DNA of 64,000 nt from Deltaproteobacteria bacterium (GTDB taxonomy: Bacteria; Myxococcota_A; Polyangia; Fen-1088): contig JANRKS010000007.1 of NCBI GenBank assembly GCA_033763315.1, positions 96,001 to 160,000 of the forward strand. The letters run 5' to 3'. This document shows, piece after piece, positions 10,765 to 21,697 of the stretch. The notes beneath the pieces were generated by a model. That model made no database searches. It was given only the letters and a program-made list of their open reading frames with translations, and was not told where the DNA came from. The stretch's first letter is position 1; every line of letters starts with the position of its first letter. A program made the position numbers and the translations under genes.

Positions 10765-11625
10765 TCATAGACCCAGGGCAAAACCGCTGGAGGCTTCTGC
10801 CACCACCGCAAAGCTTGGCGCGCCCGCCAACACCCGCCCCTCCGCGAACCACGCAAAGCTTGAGGCAAAGTGATAGGCAAACCCCAGGCCGGGGCCAAAG
10901 ATGAACGGTCCGCCACGAACCGTGTCATTGCTGGTGAGCCCGTCATTCGGCCGCTGCGGCACCTTGAGCCGAAAGCCATCGCCGCCCCCCGCCATTGCAG
11001 AGATTAGCCATACGGCGTTGCCCTGCCCGACTGACCACGTGGCTTTCAAGAACGCGGCGTTGGCGATCTTGGGGGCCGGCGAGGCCTCAGTGGCCTGCCA
11101 CTGCCCAGGCTCAACCAACTGTTGCCGGCCCGCAATGCTCAGGGCGAAGCCACGCGTGATCTGCCAGCCGAGCTCGGGGTTTAACACCAACCCGGCGTTT
11201 GCGTAACCCGCGCTTGTTTGCAGAGCCGTGTTGCCTTCGAGCACGCGCCCCGGATGCCAGCCCGTGCCTGAGCCCGCCGACAACGCAATAAAGATGCGCC
11301 CGCCACCGCGACGGTGGGAATTGTTGGGTTCGCCAACCTCTTGCACACGCGGCTGTTTCTTTCGTGGCCGGCGCGCCTTTTTCTGCGTCACAAGCACATC
11401 GGCATCTTCGGCTGCGTCTGCGGGCGAATCAGCACGCGCGTCCAACAGCGGTGGTTCCGGATCCTGGGCCTCGTCCCGTTCTGCGGGTGGAACGGGTGCG
11501 GCCTCGGGCGGGGGGGCTTTGCGGCGGCGCTTGTGTTTGCTGGATGCGTTCGCGTCTTGCCACGTGCCCCATCCCAGCAAGGCCAAACACACGGTCAGAA
11601 CATACGCCACGGGTTTATGGCTCAT
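10765..11625 (-). CDS. Exported hypothetical protein, probable outer-membrane beta-barrel C-terminus
   Basis: Signal peptide, basic/Pro-rich linker, alternating beta-strand pattern. Confidence 0.55.
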   Translation of the reverse strand: MSHKPVAYVLTVCLALLGWGTWQDANASSKHKRRRKAPPPEAAPVPPAERDEAQDPEPPLLDARADSPADAAEDADVLVTQKKARRPRKKQPRVQEVGEPNNSHRRGGGRIFIALSAGSGTGWHPGRVLEGNTALQTSAGYANAGLVLNPELGWQITRGFALSIAGRQQLVEPGQWQATEASPAPKIANAAFLKATWSVGQGNAVWLISAMAGGGDGFRLKVPQRPNDGLTSNDTVRGGPFIFGPGLGFAYHFASSFAWFAEGRVLAGAPSFAVVAEASSGFALGL

Positions 11626-11648
11626 TGCACGCGGCCCTTCGCTTGCAG

Positions 11649-12989
11649 TTAGGCACTAAGGATCGCCAATGGCGTTTTGTTCGCGCCGGTAAGCGCCTTG
11701 TCGCCAAAGCCCGAGAAGTTTGTGACACCCATGGCCTCGCACAGGTTTAGCAACACGCGCTCGTGGCGAGCGGCAGCGCTGTCTCCCGGCCCCTTGATGT
11801 AGCGGCCGCCCGGCTTTGTCCGCAGGTAACCACCCGCGCCGCCTGCCAAAACGAACCGCATGTTCTGCATGTTGTGGGTGACTGAATCGCCCATGTCGCG
11901 GCACCAGGCAATCAACGTGTTGTCGAGCAAGCTGCCACTGCCGTCGGCTTCAGGTGTGGCTTTGAGCTTTTGCACGGTTTGCACGAAACGTTCACACAGC
12001 CAGCGTTCAAGCGCTATCAAACCCTTGAATTCAGGGGCACCGCTGTGAAGCAGGCCGCCGTGCTGATCCGTTTTCAATCCGATGTCAGGCAGATCCACGG
12101 GCATGCTTTGATCGGATCCGAATTGAATTGCGGCCACACGTGTGATGTCGCACGCAAAGGCGTTGTGAATCACCTCCAAATGCAAAGCGTTGGCTTTGCA
12201 CACGTTCGACTCTTCGGGCGGCGCCGTGGGCTTTGTGCACGAAACAGGTGTGCTGCCGCCCCCGCCTGTGCCATCTCCCGTTTGCAGCAAGCGCTCCTCG
12301 ATTTGGTGAATTGAATCAAGGTGAAGATCCAGCTTCGCCTTTTCCTGCGCTCCCAGCGTTTGTTTGAGCGTTGCAATCTCACTCTTGAGCTGGGTGACGA
12401 TGCGTTGACGGCGCTTGAACATCTTGTCCGTGGCGGGCGCAGGAGCGGTTGGCATGGTGGGCCCCGTCGTTGCCACACCATCAAACACGGCCTTAAACGC
12501 TGCCAACGGAGACGAGATCGTCGTGAGGTTCTGCCCGCGGTTGAACATCGTGCGTCCGCCGCCGGCCGTGGTCTCGGCGCCCAACAGCAACACAGGGATG
12601 GGCCGCTTGATGCCTTGGGCGATCAGTTGATCGGAAATGTATTGCTCCACTGATGTGGCGTTGCCGTAACCTGTACCAGCCAGGCCATCGGGAGCGCCGT
12701 GACCATTGCCTGGGTTGCCACTCGGCAGGCCTTCGATGAGGATCAAGTTGTCTTTGATCTTCGCCAAAGGCTCTGTCATCGCGCTCCACGTGTCGATGCC
12801 GCCATCAGATGCCGACGGCGGCGTCCACATCGTGGGGTTCGTGCCCATCGTGCAAAACAGCAACAAGCGCTTGGATTTCTTGCCTGTGGCGCCCACGGCT
12901 TTTTCGCCGCGCAAGATCGATATAAACGGCGCGAAGAGCAAACTTGCGGTGGTGCTCATCGTCAACTGCCGGCGGCTTAACTTAACCAT
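11649..12989 (-). CDS. DUF1552 protein with Tat signal
   Basis: LSRRQL leader, KLDLHLDSIHQIE, AFACDITRVA, SLLDNTLI and LAGGAGG. Confidence 0.9.
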   Translation of the reverse strand: MVKLSRRQLTMSTTASLLFAPFISILRGEKAVGATGKKSKRLLLFCTMGTNPTMWTPPSASDGGIDTWSAMTEPLAKIKDNLILIEGLPSGNPGNGHGAPDGLAGTGYGNATSVEQYISDQLIAQGIKRPIPVLLLGAETTAGGGRTMFNRGQNLTTISSPLAAFKAVFDGVATTGPTMPTAPAPATDKMFKRRQRIVTQLKSEIATLKQTLGAQEKAKLDLHLDSIHQIEERLLQTGDGTGGGGSTPVSCTKPTAPPEESNVCKANALHLEVIHNAFACDITRVAAIQFGSDQSMPVDLPDIGLKTDQHGGLLHSGAPEFKGLIALERWLCERFVQTVQKLKATPEADGSGSLLDNTLIAWCRDMGDSVTHNMQNMRFVLAGGAGGYLRTKPGGRYIKGPGDSAAARHERVLLNLCEAMGVTNFSGFGDKALTGANKTPLAILSA

Positions 12990-13041
12990 GATGGAAGACT
13001 CCTGTCAGAGGTGATCAAGAAGGTGACGCTGGGCGGGCCGC

Positions 13042-14805
13042 CTAGAGATCTTTCACGCGCTGGGTGAAGTGCGGGGCGTTGATGATTCCCGTCAGCACAC
13101 CTTTGAACGAATAGTTGTCCTTCGCGGCTGTGCCTTGCACCGCCTCGTAGGTGCAGGCGTCGTTGTCCCAACTCGCCATACCGTAGGCGTAATAAGACCA
13201 GAACCGCACCAAACAGGCTTTGGTGGCTTGGCTTGTGGAAAGTTTGGTGGCCAATTCCTGCACACCGCGGAACGTGAAATCTTCTCCGTCAATGTCGGTG
13301 AGTTCACCTGAATCATCAACCGGTTTACCCGCATCCGTGTCTCGCTTGCGGCCGACGCCATCGTACCCTTCAAAGCCAAACCCGATGGGATCCATTTGGC
13401 GATGGCAACCAGCACACGCCGATGACTGTGAATGCTGCATGAAGCGTTCACGGGTGGTTTGGTTGGCCTGCGGAGCCTTCAGCATCGTGTCGAGGTTCGC
13501 AGGCGGCGGCGGAAGCGCTTGGCACAACAGCCGCGTTCGCACCATTTTTCCGCGAAACGTTGGCGACGAAGCGGTTGCATTCGAGTGCGCGGTCAAGAGG
13601 CTCGCGTGCGCCAAGATGCCTGGATCACGTTTACCAGCGGGCAACGTGAACTTGGTCATACCGGTCTCGGTTCCCAGCGACACGTCGAAACCATAGTGTT
13701 GCTTGAGCCGGCCGTTGATGAACGAATAATCCGCCGTGAACATCTGACCAAAGGCCGCCTTGCTGGAATAAAGATCAGCCACAAAGCTGCGTGTTTCGCT
13801 AAGCATGTCAGCCCGCAGCTCGTCTGATAAGGCGAAAACCTTGTCGTCTTTGACGATCGATCGCAGGAGATCGAGATCTAGCCAGCCCTTGAAAAAGTCC
13901 ACCACCACGTCAGCGCTTGATGCGTTCGCCATCAATCGATCGGCTTGCTTCAAGATCTGCTCTTGCGTTCCAAGCTGGTTCGCCTCAGCCGCCGCCAACA
14001 ACGTGTCATCGGGCGTGGTCCCCAACAGCAGGTATGACAAAGCCGTAGCAATCTCGAACTGGGTCAACTTGAAACTGCCGCCAGACTGCGGAGCGCCGAG
14101 TTCGCTTCGGTAAAGAAAGTATGGCGATTGAAGCATCGCTGTGAGAACGGCTTCGACGCCTTCGGAAAAAGTCGCTTCGCCAGTGAAGATGGTCTCGTAG
14201 GCTTTGACTTGTGCGTCGGACAGGGGCGCACGAAATGCCCGTTTACCGAAGGCCTTAATGAACTGCTGGCGGCATGTGGCGTCGTTGGTTTGGCAGCTAG
14301 TGACGCTGCTGAGTTTCGTCGTCGCTATCTTGTTTGCGAGCTCTTCGGCTTGGCTGCGAATGCGGTCTGCATCCAGACCGCGCACCAATAAACCACTTGC
14401 ATCCACGCTAAAACCCAACGCCACAGGATCATCAACAACGGAAGCCACGGACAGCGCTGGATCGCTGAGCAAGCTGCGCAGCGACGCCGCCAACTGCAAG
14501 GTGCTGAGGCGCCGCAACACGCGCGGGCCCGGTGCGTTGGTCTTGCATTCCGACGCGTCTGGAGGCGTGGCGCCCACAGGCAACGTGGGCAAAAACGGCG
14601 GCAAGGTGCTGTCACCGCCCGCGCCGCCACCATTGTTGTTGTTGTCACCAGAGCCGCTCTCGCCGCCCTGTGAGTTGTTGTTATTTCCACCCAAGCCCGT
14701 ACCCACTGCCGAGATGGAGCCGGGGTTGCAACCAGTTATGGTCACCACCACAGTCATCCATGCCAAGGAACTCGAAAGGTACTGCATCCGAACTATGCCT
14801 TTCAT
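13042..14805 (-). CDS. DUF1587/1595/1592/1588/1585 lipoprotein
   Basis: ITGC lipobox, LRRLS, FGKRAFRAPL, LQSPYFLYR, SPTFRG and CAGCH..MDPIGFGFE.YD. Start may be 14787. Confidence 0.9.
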   Translation of the reverse strand: MKGIVRMQYLSSSLAWMTVVVTITGCNPGSISAVGTGLGGNNNNSQGGESGSGDNNNNGGGAGGDSTLPPFLPTLPVGATPPDASECKTNAPGPRVLRRLSTLQLAASLRSLLSDPALSVASVVDDPVALGFSVDASGLLVRGLDADRIRSQAEELANKIATTKLSSVTSCQTNDATCRQQFIKAFGKRAFRAPLSDAQVKAYETIFTGEATFSEGVEAVLTAMLQSPYFLYRSELGAPQSGGSFKLTQFEIATALSYLLLGTTPDDTLLAAAEANQLGTQEQILKQADRLMANASSADVVVDFFKGWLDLDLLRSIVKDDKVFALSDELRADMLSETRSFVADLYSSKAAFGQMFTADYSFINGRLKQHYGFDVSLGTETGMTKFTLPAGKRDPGILAHASLLTAHSNATASSPTFRGKMVRTRLLCQALPPPPANLDTMLKAPQANQTTRERFMQHSQSSACAGCHRQMDPIGFGFEGYDGVGRKRDTDAGKPVDDSGELTDIDGEDFTFRGVQELATKLSTSQATKACLVRFWSYYAYGMASWDNDACTYEAVQGTAAKDNYSFKGVLTGIINAPHFTQRVKDL

Positions 14806-14931
14806 TCCGGCGCCGTGTGTTTAAGAAGTCTTTCCGTACATAAGACAACCACTAGGTCGCTCGAAGCGAGAAAGGTTCTCCGAGTGAATTTGCTTGTGCA
14901 CTTAACGAACGCGTTGTGGCATCTAAGGCCT

Positions 14932-15399
14932 ATGAACGGACCCTCCGTTGGACAGAAGTGCCCTCATTTCAGCGCGTTGGATATGGAAGGCCAGCGCGTC
15001 AGCGATGTGGATCTGCGCCGCGATGGCGCCCTCGTGCTTTACTTTTATCCAAAGGATGAAACGCCTGGATGCACCGCCGAAGCGTGTGCGTTCCGTGACG
15101 ATCACGAGGAATTCGTGGCCGCAGGAGCCACCGTTGTGGGCGTAAGCCCCGATTCACCAGAAAGCCACCGCGCGTTTGTCCGCAACCATGAAATTCCATT
15201 TCGTTTGCTGTCTGATCCAAACAAAGAACTGTTCAAGCTGTTCGGCGTCACCGACACTTTGGGAATCCTCCCGGGCCGGGAGACGTTCGTGATCGACGCG
15301 AACGGTGTGGTGCAGCATCGCTTTCGGTCGCAATTGTTCGCCCGCAAACACGTGGCCAACGCCTTGGCCAGCCTTAAAAAGCGTAAGGGCGAGCCATAA
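14932..15399 (+). CDS. bcp: Peroxiredoxin, BCP/PrxQ family
   Basis: LYFYPKDETPGCTAEACAFRD, VVGVSPD and RETFVID. Confidence 0.9.
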   Translation: MNGPSVGQKCPHFSALDMEGQRVSDVDLRRDGALVLYFYPKDETPGCTAEACAFRDDHEEFVAAGATVVGVSPDSPESHRAFVRNHEIPFRLLSDPNKELFKLFGVTDTLGILPGRETFVIDANGVVQHRFRSQLFARKHVANALASLKKRKGEP

Positions 15400-15475
15400 C
15401 CCGTGCCACCCTTAAGTCTCGTTCACATGCGGCCGATGACCTACTGGCAGCCCCTGTGGGCTAAGCCAGGTCATC

Positions 15476-16476
<1,001 letters not shown>

Positions 16477-16480
<4 letters not shown>

Positions 16481-17058
16481 CCGCAGCGACCGCCCAGCAA
16501 ACCCTTTTTCAATCCGACGCTGGTAGGGGGTTCACCCAACCACACGCGAAACAGCGCGCGGGCAAAGTCCAGGCCTTCGATCACACCGGAACCTTGTCCC
16601 GGCGCTTTGACTTGCACGCCTTTGCCAGGCACGTACCACAACGTCAACGTTTCACCCGGCTCAAACGCAGGCAGCATCTCGAAGAACTGCTGCACGCGCG
16701 CTTGCAAGGTGGTCCACTCTTCGGGAGAAGACTTCTTGACGCCTTCCGTAATGGTCTTTCGCATATCTGCCTTCGAAACGCCTCGCAAAAAAGACAGCCG
16801 CATCAGTTTGGATTGATCGGCTCCTGCAATGGCTTCCCCGTCATCACTTTTTTCTTTGAGGTAAAGAGCGGCCACGTAGACGTTGATTTTGAAGACAGTG
16901 GCTTCTCGCAGGCCGAGGCCATTGAGCACAAGCCTCTCACCCCCCACCTCAAGGGCATCGGGCACGCGGACGCCCTGACATTCACCCGCCCAAGCAAGCG
17001 AGCCACTTGCAACGCAAGCAACCAACAAGCCAATCACCAGTCCGTGCCTATAAGCCAT
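16477..17058 (-). CDS. Chalcone isomerase-like exported protein
   Basis: Signal peptide, LVLNGLGLRE, VYVAALYL and FARALFRVWLG..P...LKKGLLG. Confidence 0.85.
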
Positions 17059-17113
17059 GAATGCTCAAGCGTAGCATCCCTGCGTGTTAGGCCCGGCCCC
17101 ATGCTTGGGGCGG

Positions 17114-17320
17114 CTAATCGGTGGCGCTCTCGATCACATGGACCCAGTGCGGCTCAAGCGGGCCCGAGGGCGCCAGGCACCAGCTTAGGTCCGCCGTGCG
17201 GTTGAGCGCATCCGAGCGCCCCTGCGCGGACAGGTCTGCCCTTGCCCCGCCAAGGGACAAAGAGCCGTCAGTGGCAACCAGGGCGTTGGATAAAACAGAG
17301 TCGCGACCCGAGGAGTTCAT
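17114..17320 (-). CDS. Small hypothetical protein (68 aa), sigma54-driven
   Basis: ORF fills an otherwise empty gap and sits directly downstream of a consensus sigma54 promoter. Confidence 0.55.
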   Translation of the reverse strand: MNSSGRDSVLSNALVATDGSLSLGGARADLSAQGRSDALNRTADLSWCLAPSGPLEPHWVHVIESATD

Positions 17321-17337
17321 GTGTGCCCGTATCCTTC

Positions 17338-17353
17338 AGCAACATCCGTACCA
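17338..17353 (-). promoter_or_regulatory. Sigma54 promoter with IHF-like site at 17370-17383
   Basis: Minus strand TGGTACGGATGTTGCT (GG-N10-GC). Plus strand TTTCAGGCACTTA resembles WATCAANNNNTTR. Confidence 0.75.
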
Positions 17354-17461
17354 GTGAGGCCTTGATGAGATTTCAGGCACTTACAGCCACCGGTTGCCGT
17401 TGTTGGTGCGTTGATGGCTTCTCACCTGAGGCCAAAATGCGTAAGAAACCTCGCAGCAACG

Positions 17462-20302
17462 TCATTCTTCGCTTAACGGCGGCGTGGTGGATGCGCGCCG
17501 AACCGGCTCGGTGCGGCTGCTCTTCCACGGCGGCCGCCGCCACTCATCAATGAGAGACGCCACGAGCGCCGTCCAGCCCGTTTGGTGGCTGGCGCCCAAG
17601 CCCTCCCCCGTTTCGGCGTGAAAGTACTCATAAAACAAAGGCAGGTCCTTCCAATGAGGATCGTCTTGGAATTTGCGGCGCTGGCCATGGACGGGCCGCT
17701 CGCCATTTTCGTTGCGGGTGAAAAGCCGGATCATACGGTTCGCTTGATCTTCAGCCACCGCCCACAGATCGCGGGGCCCTCCGGTCGTTCCGTCGGAAGG
17801 CACGACCACCTCGGGGCCGAGCGCTGTGCCTAGTTTGCGCAACGTCTCGATCGTGAGAAACGCGGTGGGAAACCACAACGGCCCCCGCCAATTGGAGTTG
17901 CCGCCCTTGAGCTTCGAGCTCGACTCCGCGGGTTCATAACGAACCTCGGCGTCGCCATAGCGAAATGGTTTTTGCTCATGCAACTTCGACAAACTGCGCA
18001 TGCCAAACGGTGACATGAACTCGTCGGGATCGAGGACGTGGGTCAGCACCTGGCGCAGTTGCTCTTGCGTGAACACCGCCAACAGATGGGTTATGCCCTC
18101 GGCCTTGACAATCGGTTCACACACACCCTGCAACAAGTTGCGCCTGTGCAGCAAGAACCAATGCAGATCCTGTTTGAACTCAGTAAACGGCGCGATCCAC
18201 TTTTCTTCAAGTCGTTCAACCGCGAACAACGGAATCAGACCAACCATTGAGCGCACACGAAATCGATCAAAGTGGCCATCGGGGCAGCGGAGGACATCGT
18301 AAAAGAATCCTTCTTCCTCGTCCCACAAGCTGTAGTCGCGGCCGCCCATGTGCTTCATAGCCGCGGCCACATACACGTAATGTTGGAAGAACTTCGTGGC
18401 CAGCCCTTCGTAAACCGGATTTTCGTTTGCAAGCTCAAGTGCCATTCGCATCAGCTGCAGGCAGAACATGCCCATCCAGCCTGTGCCATCCGATTGTTCA
18501 AGCGTGGCGCCGGCGGGCAACGGCTGGCTGCGATCAATAACAGTGATGTTATCCAAGCCTAAAAAGCCGCCCTCGAACACATTGTTGCCTTCACGATCCA
18601 CCTTGTTGACCCAGAACGAGAAGTTCAGCAGCAACTTGTGAAAGCAGCGCTCAAGAAAAGCTCTGTCTGCGTGGCCCGTGCGGTGCCTCTCCATGTTGTA
18701 AACGCGCCACACAGCCCAGGCGTGCACAGGCGGGTTCAGATCTGAGAATTCCCATTCATAGGCAGGTATCTGGCCGCACGGATGCAGGAACTGCTCGAAC
18801 AGCAACATCCACAGCTGTTCCTTGGCAAAAGCCGGATCGATGAGCGCCATCGTCACGGCATGAAAGGCGAGATCCCATGCGGCAAACCACGGATACTCCC
18901 ATTTATCGGGCACCAACATGATGCGCATGGAATTAAGGTGCTGCCAGTGAACGTTCCGGATGTTGGCCCGACCGGCCGGCGGAGGCCATGACGGATTGTC
19001 ACCCGATGCCCAGCGCGCCACATCGAAAAGATAAATCTGCTTCGACCACAACAGCCCCGCCAGCGCTTGCCGCTGAACCAAACGTTCATCCGCTGTGGCC
19101 TTGGGCGGCGCCAACGCCGCATAGAACTCATCCGCCTCTGCTTTGCGCCGCTTTACGATCGCGTCCACCGCTTGCAGCGGCGCGACCGATGTCGGGGGCG
19201 TGCTTTGCAAGCGGAAACGCAGCACCACGGAACCACCCGCTGGCACCAACCGCTTATAGTGAACCGCACTTTTGGTGCCCCATTGCCGCGGGTTCACAGC
19301 GTCGGCTTCGCCATTGATCACGTAGCGGTGGAACGCGTCTTTGGTGTAAGCGCTTTGGCTTTGTGCCCATGGGCCATAAACGGCGGGCGCGTTGGTTTCA
19401 TTGTCGCAAAACAGCGGCTGCCCATCGGGTTCGGCAAGCAGATAGCGCGCGCCCAACTTGTATGAACGAAGCAAATTCTCGGGCGGACGCGCGTCCTGAT
19501 CGTCGGCCCGCACGCAGATGAAGCCTTCACCCGATGGCCCCGGATCGATGCGCGGCCGCGGTAAAGGCTCAGATCCCCATGACCACGTGTTGCGAAACCA
19601 AAGATGCGGCAGGACGTGAATGGAGGCAGCTTCCGGCCCGCGGTTCTCGATGACCACGCGGATGCACACATCTTCCACGTCGGCTTTCGCGTATTCAACG
19701 AACACATCAAAGTAGCGATCGTCATCAAAGATACCCGTGTCCAAGAGCTCAAACTCGGGGCCTTGACCATGCCGGCGGCGGTTCTCGTCGATCAGTTGTT
19801 GGTAAGGAAACGCGCGCTGAGGGTACTTGTAAAGCCAGCGCATGTAAGCGTGGCTCGGTAGGTTGTCGAGGTAGAAGTAATACTCTTTGACGTCTTCACC
19901 GTGGTTGGCTTCTTCGGGGACGAGGCCAAACAGCCGCTCTTTTAAGATGGGATCTTGTTCGTTCCAAAACGCGAACGCGAAGGCCATGACTTGGTAGCGA
20001 TCACAAATGCCCGCCATGCCATCTTCGCCCCAACGGTAGGCCTTCTTGCGCGCGTGTTCGTGCGGGAAATATTTCCAAGCGTCGCCGTTGGCGCTGTAGT
20101 CCTCACGCACGGTGCCCCACGACCGTTCCGAAACGTACGGACCAAAGCGACGCCACCCCTCAAGGTCGGGGCTGGCCAACCGTTGGCCTTCCTTGGTGTT
20201 GGCCAGGGCCTGGCCGATGAAGCCACCGCTCGTGCCGGTTTGGCTTTCTGTATGTTCGTCAACGGGCAGGCCTGCTTGCGGGGGCACCGGGGTCTCGGGC
20301 AT
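17462..20302 (-). CDS. GH63 / MGH1-like glycoside hydrolase
   Basis: [43 protein letters not shown] and FYEYFH...[11 protein letters not shown]. Confidence 0.9.
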   Translation of the reverse strand: MPETPVPPQAGLPVDEHTESQTGTSGGFIGQALANTKEGQRLASPDLEGWRRFGPYVSERSWGTVREDYSANGDAWKYFPHEHARKKAYRWGEDGMAGICDRYQVMAFAFAFWNEQDPILKERLFGLVPEEANHGEDVKEYYFYLDNLPSHAYMRWLYKYPQRAFPYQQLIDENRRRHGQGPEFELLDTGIFDDDRYFDVFVEYAKADVEDVCIRVVIENRGPEAASIHVLPHLWFRNTWSWGSEPLPRPRIDPGPSGEGFICVRADDQDARPPENLLRSYKLGARYLLAEPDGQPLFCDNETNAPAVYGPWAQSQSAYTKDAFHRYVINGEADAVNPRQWGTKSAVHYKRLVPAGGSVVLRFRLQSTPPTSVAPLQAVDAIVKRRKAEADEFYAALAPPKATADERLVQRQALAGLLWSKQIYLFDVARWASGDNPSWPPPAGRANIRNVHWQHLNSMRIMLVPDKWEYPWFAAWDLAFHAVTMALIDPAFAKEQLWMLLFEQFLHPCGQIPAYEWEFSDLNPPVHAWAVWRVYNMERHRTGHADRAFLERCFHKLLLNFSFWVNKVDREGNNVFEGGFLGLDNITVIDRSQPLPAGATLEQSDGTGWMGMFCLQLMRMALELANENPVYEGLATKFFQHYVYVAAAMKHMGGRDYSLWDEEEGFFYDVLRCPDGHFDRFRVRSMVGLIPLFAVERLEEKWIAPFTEFKQDLHWFLLHRRNLLQGVCEPIVKAEGITHLLAVFTQEQLRQVLTHVLDPDEFMSPFGMRSLSKLHEQKPFRYGDAEVRYEPAESSSKLKGGNSNWRGPLWFPTAFLTIETLRKLGTALGPEVVVPSDGTTGGPRDLWAVAEDQANRMIRLFTRNENGERPVHGQRRKFQDDPHWKDLPLFYEYFHAETGEGLGASHQTGWTALVASLIDEWRRPPWKSSRTEPVRRASTTPPLSEE

Positions 20303-20465
20303 GCGGCCATAGTGGGGGCAAGTCAACGATTCGGGCAAGCCGACGACACCAGGGTGGCGGTGAATTTTTTGTCAGCTTTTTGCCGCTGGCATGCAACGCC
20401 GCGCGGGGCACGTGCATCAGAGGTGAGACTTCATGACACCCACACAACATTGAGGAGCCCAGACG

Positions 20466-20762
20466 ATGACCACCAGGACCCAAATCACCAAGCGAACCAC
20501 CTCCAGCAACACCACGGCCTTGCAGTCGTGCCTGCTGTGCGAGGCGTCGCTGGTGAAGGTACCCGCGTGGTTTACCGTCGCGGCAGCCGTGAAGGTGGCC
20601 GAAGCCAAACGCGTCGACGTGATTCTGGTGGATGAACCACGCCGCAAATCGATCGCCCGCGTGGCCGACTTGAAAACGGGTCGCCCCCACGAGCTGTTGG
20701 CCCGCTGGGTTCAACACGAAGAAGACGCCGCGGCGGCGTCCACCTGGGCAGCCGCAGCCTAA
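20466..20762 (+). CDS. Small hypothetical protein, degenerate CBS-like
   Basis: GAGGAG RBS. V.VP...TVAAAVKV....VDVILVD resembles a single CBS repeat. Confidence 0.5.
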   Translation: MTTRTQITKRTTSSNTTALQSCLLCEASLVKVPAWFTVAAAVKVAEAKRVDVILVDEPRRKSIARVADLKTGRPHELLARWVQHEEDAAAASTWAAAA

Positions 20763-20808
20763 GCCAACAAGCGTGGCGTGTGCGCGCGTCGGCATCTATA
20801 GTGCCGGC

Positions 20809-21240
20809 GTGCCACGCCTCAAACTGAGCTTGCCCGTCACGTTCGCTTTTTCCACGGAGCTAGACGTGCGCATCACCGACATCAACTATGGCAACCATCT
20901 GGGCAACGACGCCTTGCTTTCGTTGTTGCACGAGGCCCGCGTGCGGTGGCTGCGATCGCTCGGCATGAGCGAAGGCAACGTCGAGGGCCGCTTGCTGATC
21001 ATGAGCGACGCCGCGATTTGTTATCGGGCCGAATCTTTCGCCGGTGACCGCCTGCGCATCGATGTGGCGGCATGCGACGCCACGGGCGTCAGTTGCGACA
21101 TCGTTTACCAAGTTGTTCGCACAACCGATCAGGTGTTGGTGGCGCAAGCAAAGACGGGCGTTGTCTTCTTGGATCCACAAACGCGCAAGGTCAGCCGTCT
21201 GCCCGAAACGCTGCGGGCGTTGGCCAGCGCCACATTGTGA
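20809..21240 (+). CDS. Acyl-CoA thioesterase (4HBT/YbgC hotdog fold)
   Basis: VRITDINYGNHLGND...HEAR motif. Confidence 0.85.
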   Translation: MPRLKLSLPVTFAFSTELDVRITDINYGNHLGNDALLSLLHEARVRWLRSLGMSEGNVEGRLLIMSDAAICYRAESFAGDRLRIDVAACDATGVSCDIVYQVVRTTDQVLVAQAKTGVVFLDPQTRKVSRLPETLRALASATL

Positions 21241-21284
21241 CAGCCGACCAACGCCCGCAGCGTAAGCTTGGTTTAAGGAAATTA

Positions 21285-21575
21285 TTACTGAGCAGCCGCG
21301 TCCACAGCGGCATCGCCGCCCGCGTCCGCCGGCTTGGCGTCACCATTTAAAGCATCGATCTTCGCGTCCGTGCCGCTGTCAGCAGGTTTGAGCACGTCGC
21401 CACCACCTAAGGTGTCGCCGCCCAACGTGTCAGCCGCGGCATCCGTGGTTACAAGATCATCGTCTTCGTCGCCACAACCCGTGACCGCTAACGTGGTTGC
21501 CAGCGCCGCCAAAAGCAGGCCGCGGCCCGCGTAACCAAAAATTGTTCGCAACACTTGAGGAGCATAAGTTTTCAT
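21285..21575 (-). CDS. Small acidic low-complexity lipoprotein
   Basis: LAVTGC lipobox followed by Asp/Ala/Gly-rich repeats. Start MKTY inferred from the sigma54 promoter. Confidence 0.65.
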   Translation of the reverse strand: MKTYAPQVLRTIFGYAGRGLLLAALATTLAVTGCGDEDDDLVTTDAAADTLGGDTLGGGDVLKPADSGTDAKIDALNGDAKPADAGGDAAVDAAAQ

Positions 21576-21590
21576 AGTGAACCCGAACAT

Positions 21591-21606
21591 AGCAATGACT
21601 GTGCCA
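21591..21606 (-). promoter_or_regulatory. Sigma54 promoter with IHF-like site at 21623-21636
   Basis: Minus strand TGGCACAGTCATTGCT is a perfect consensus. Plus strand ATTCAACCACTTG resembles an IHF site. Confidence 0.8.
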
Positions 21607-21697
21607 CGGCGTTGCCCGGCCCAATTCAACCACTTGCGGTTTGTGGCTCCGGGCGGCACTGACATAAATGTCGCGCCGCTCGGCCAACGTTACGATT

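Noticed and set aside
20387-20402. Sigma54-like TGGCATGCAACGCCGC upstream of the CBS-like ORF
   Set aside because: The spacing is wrong and there is no TTGC element.
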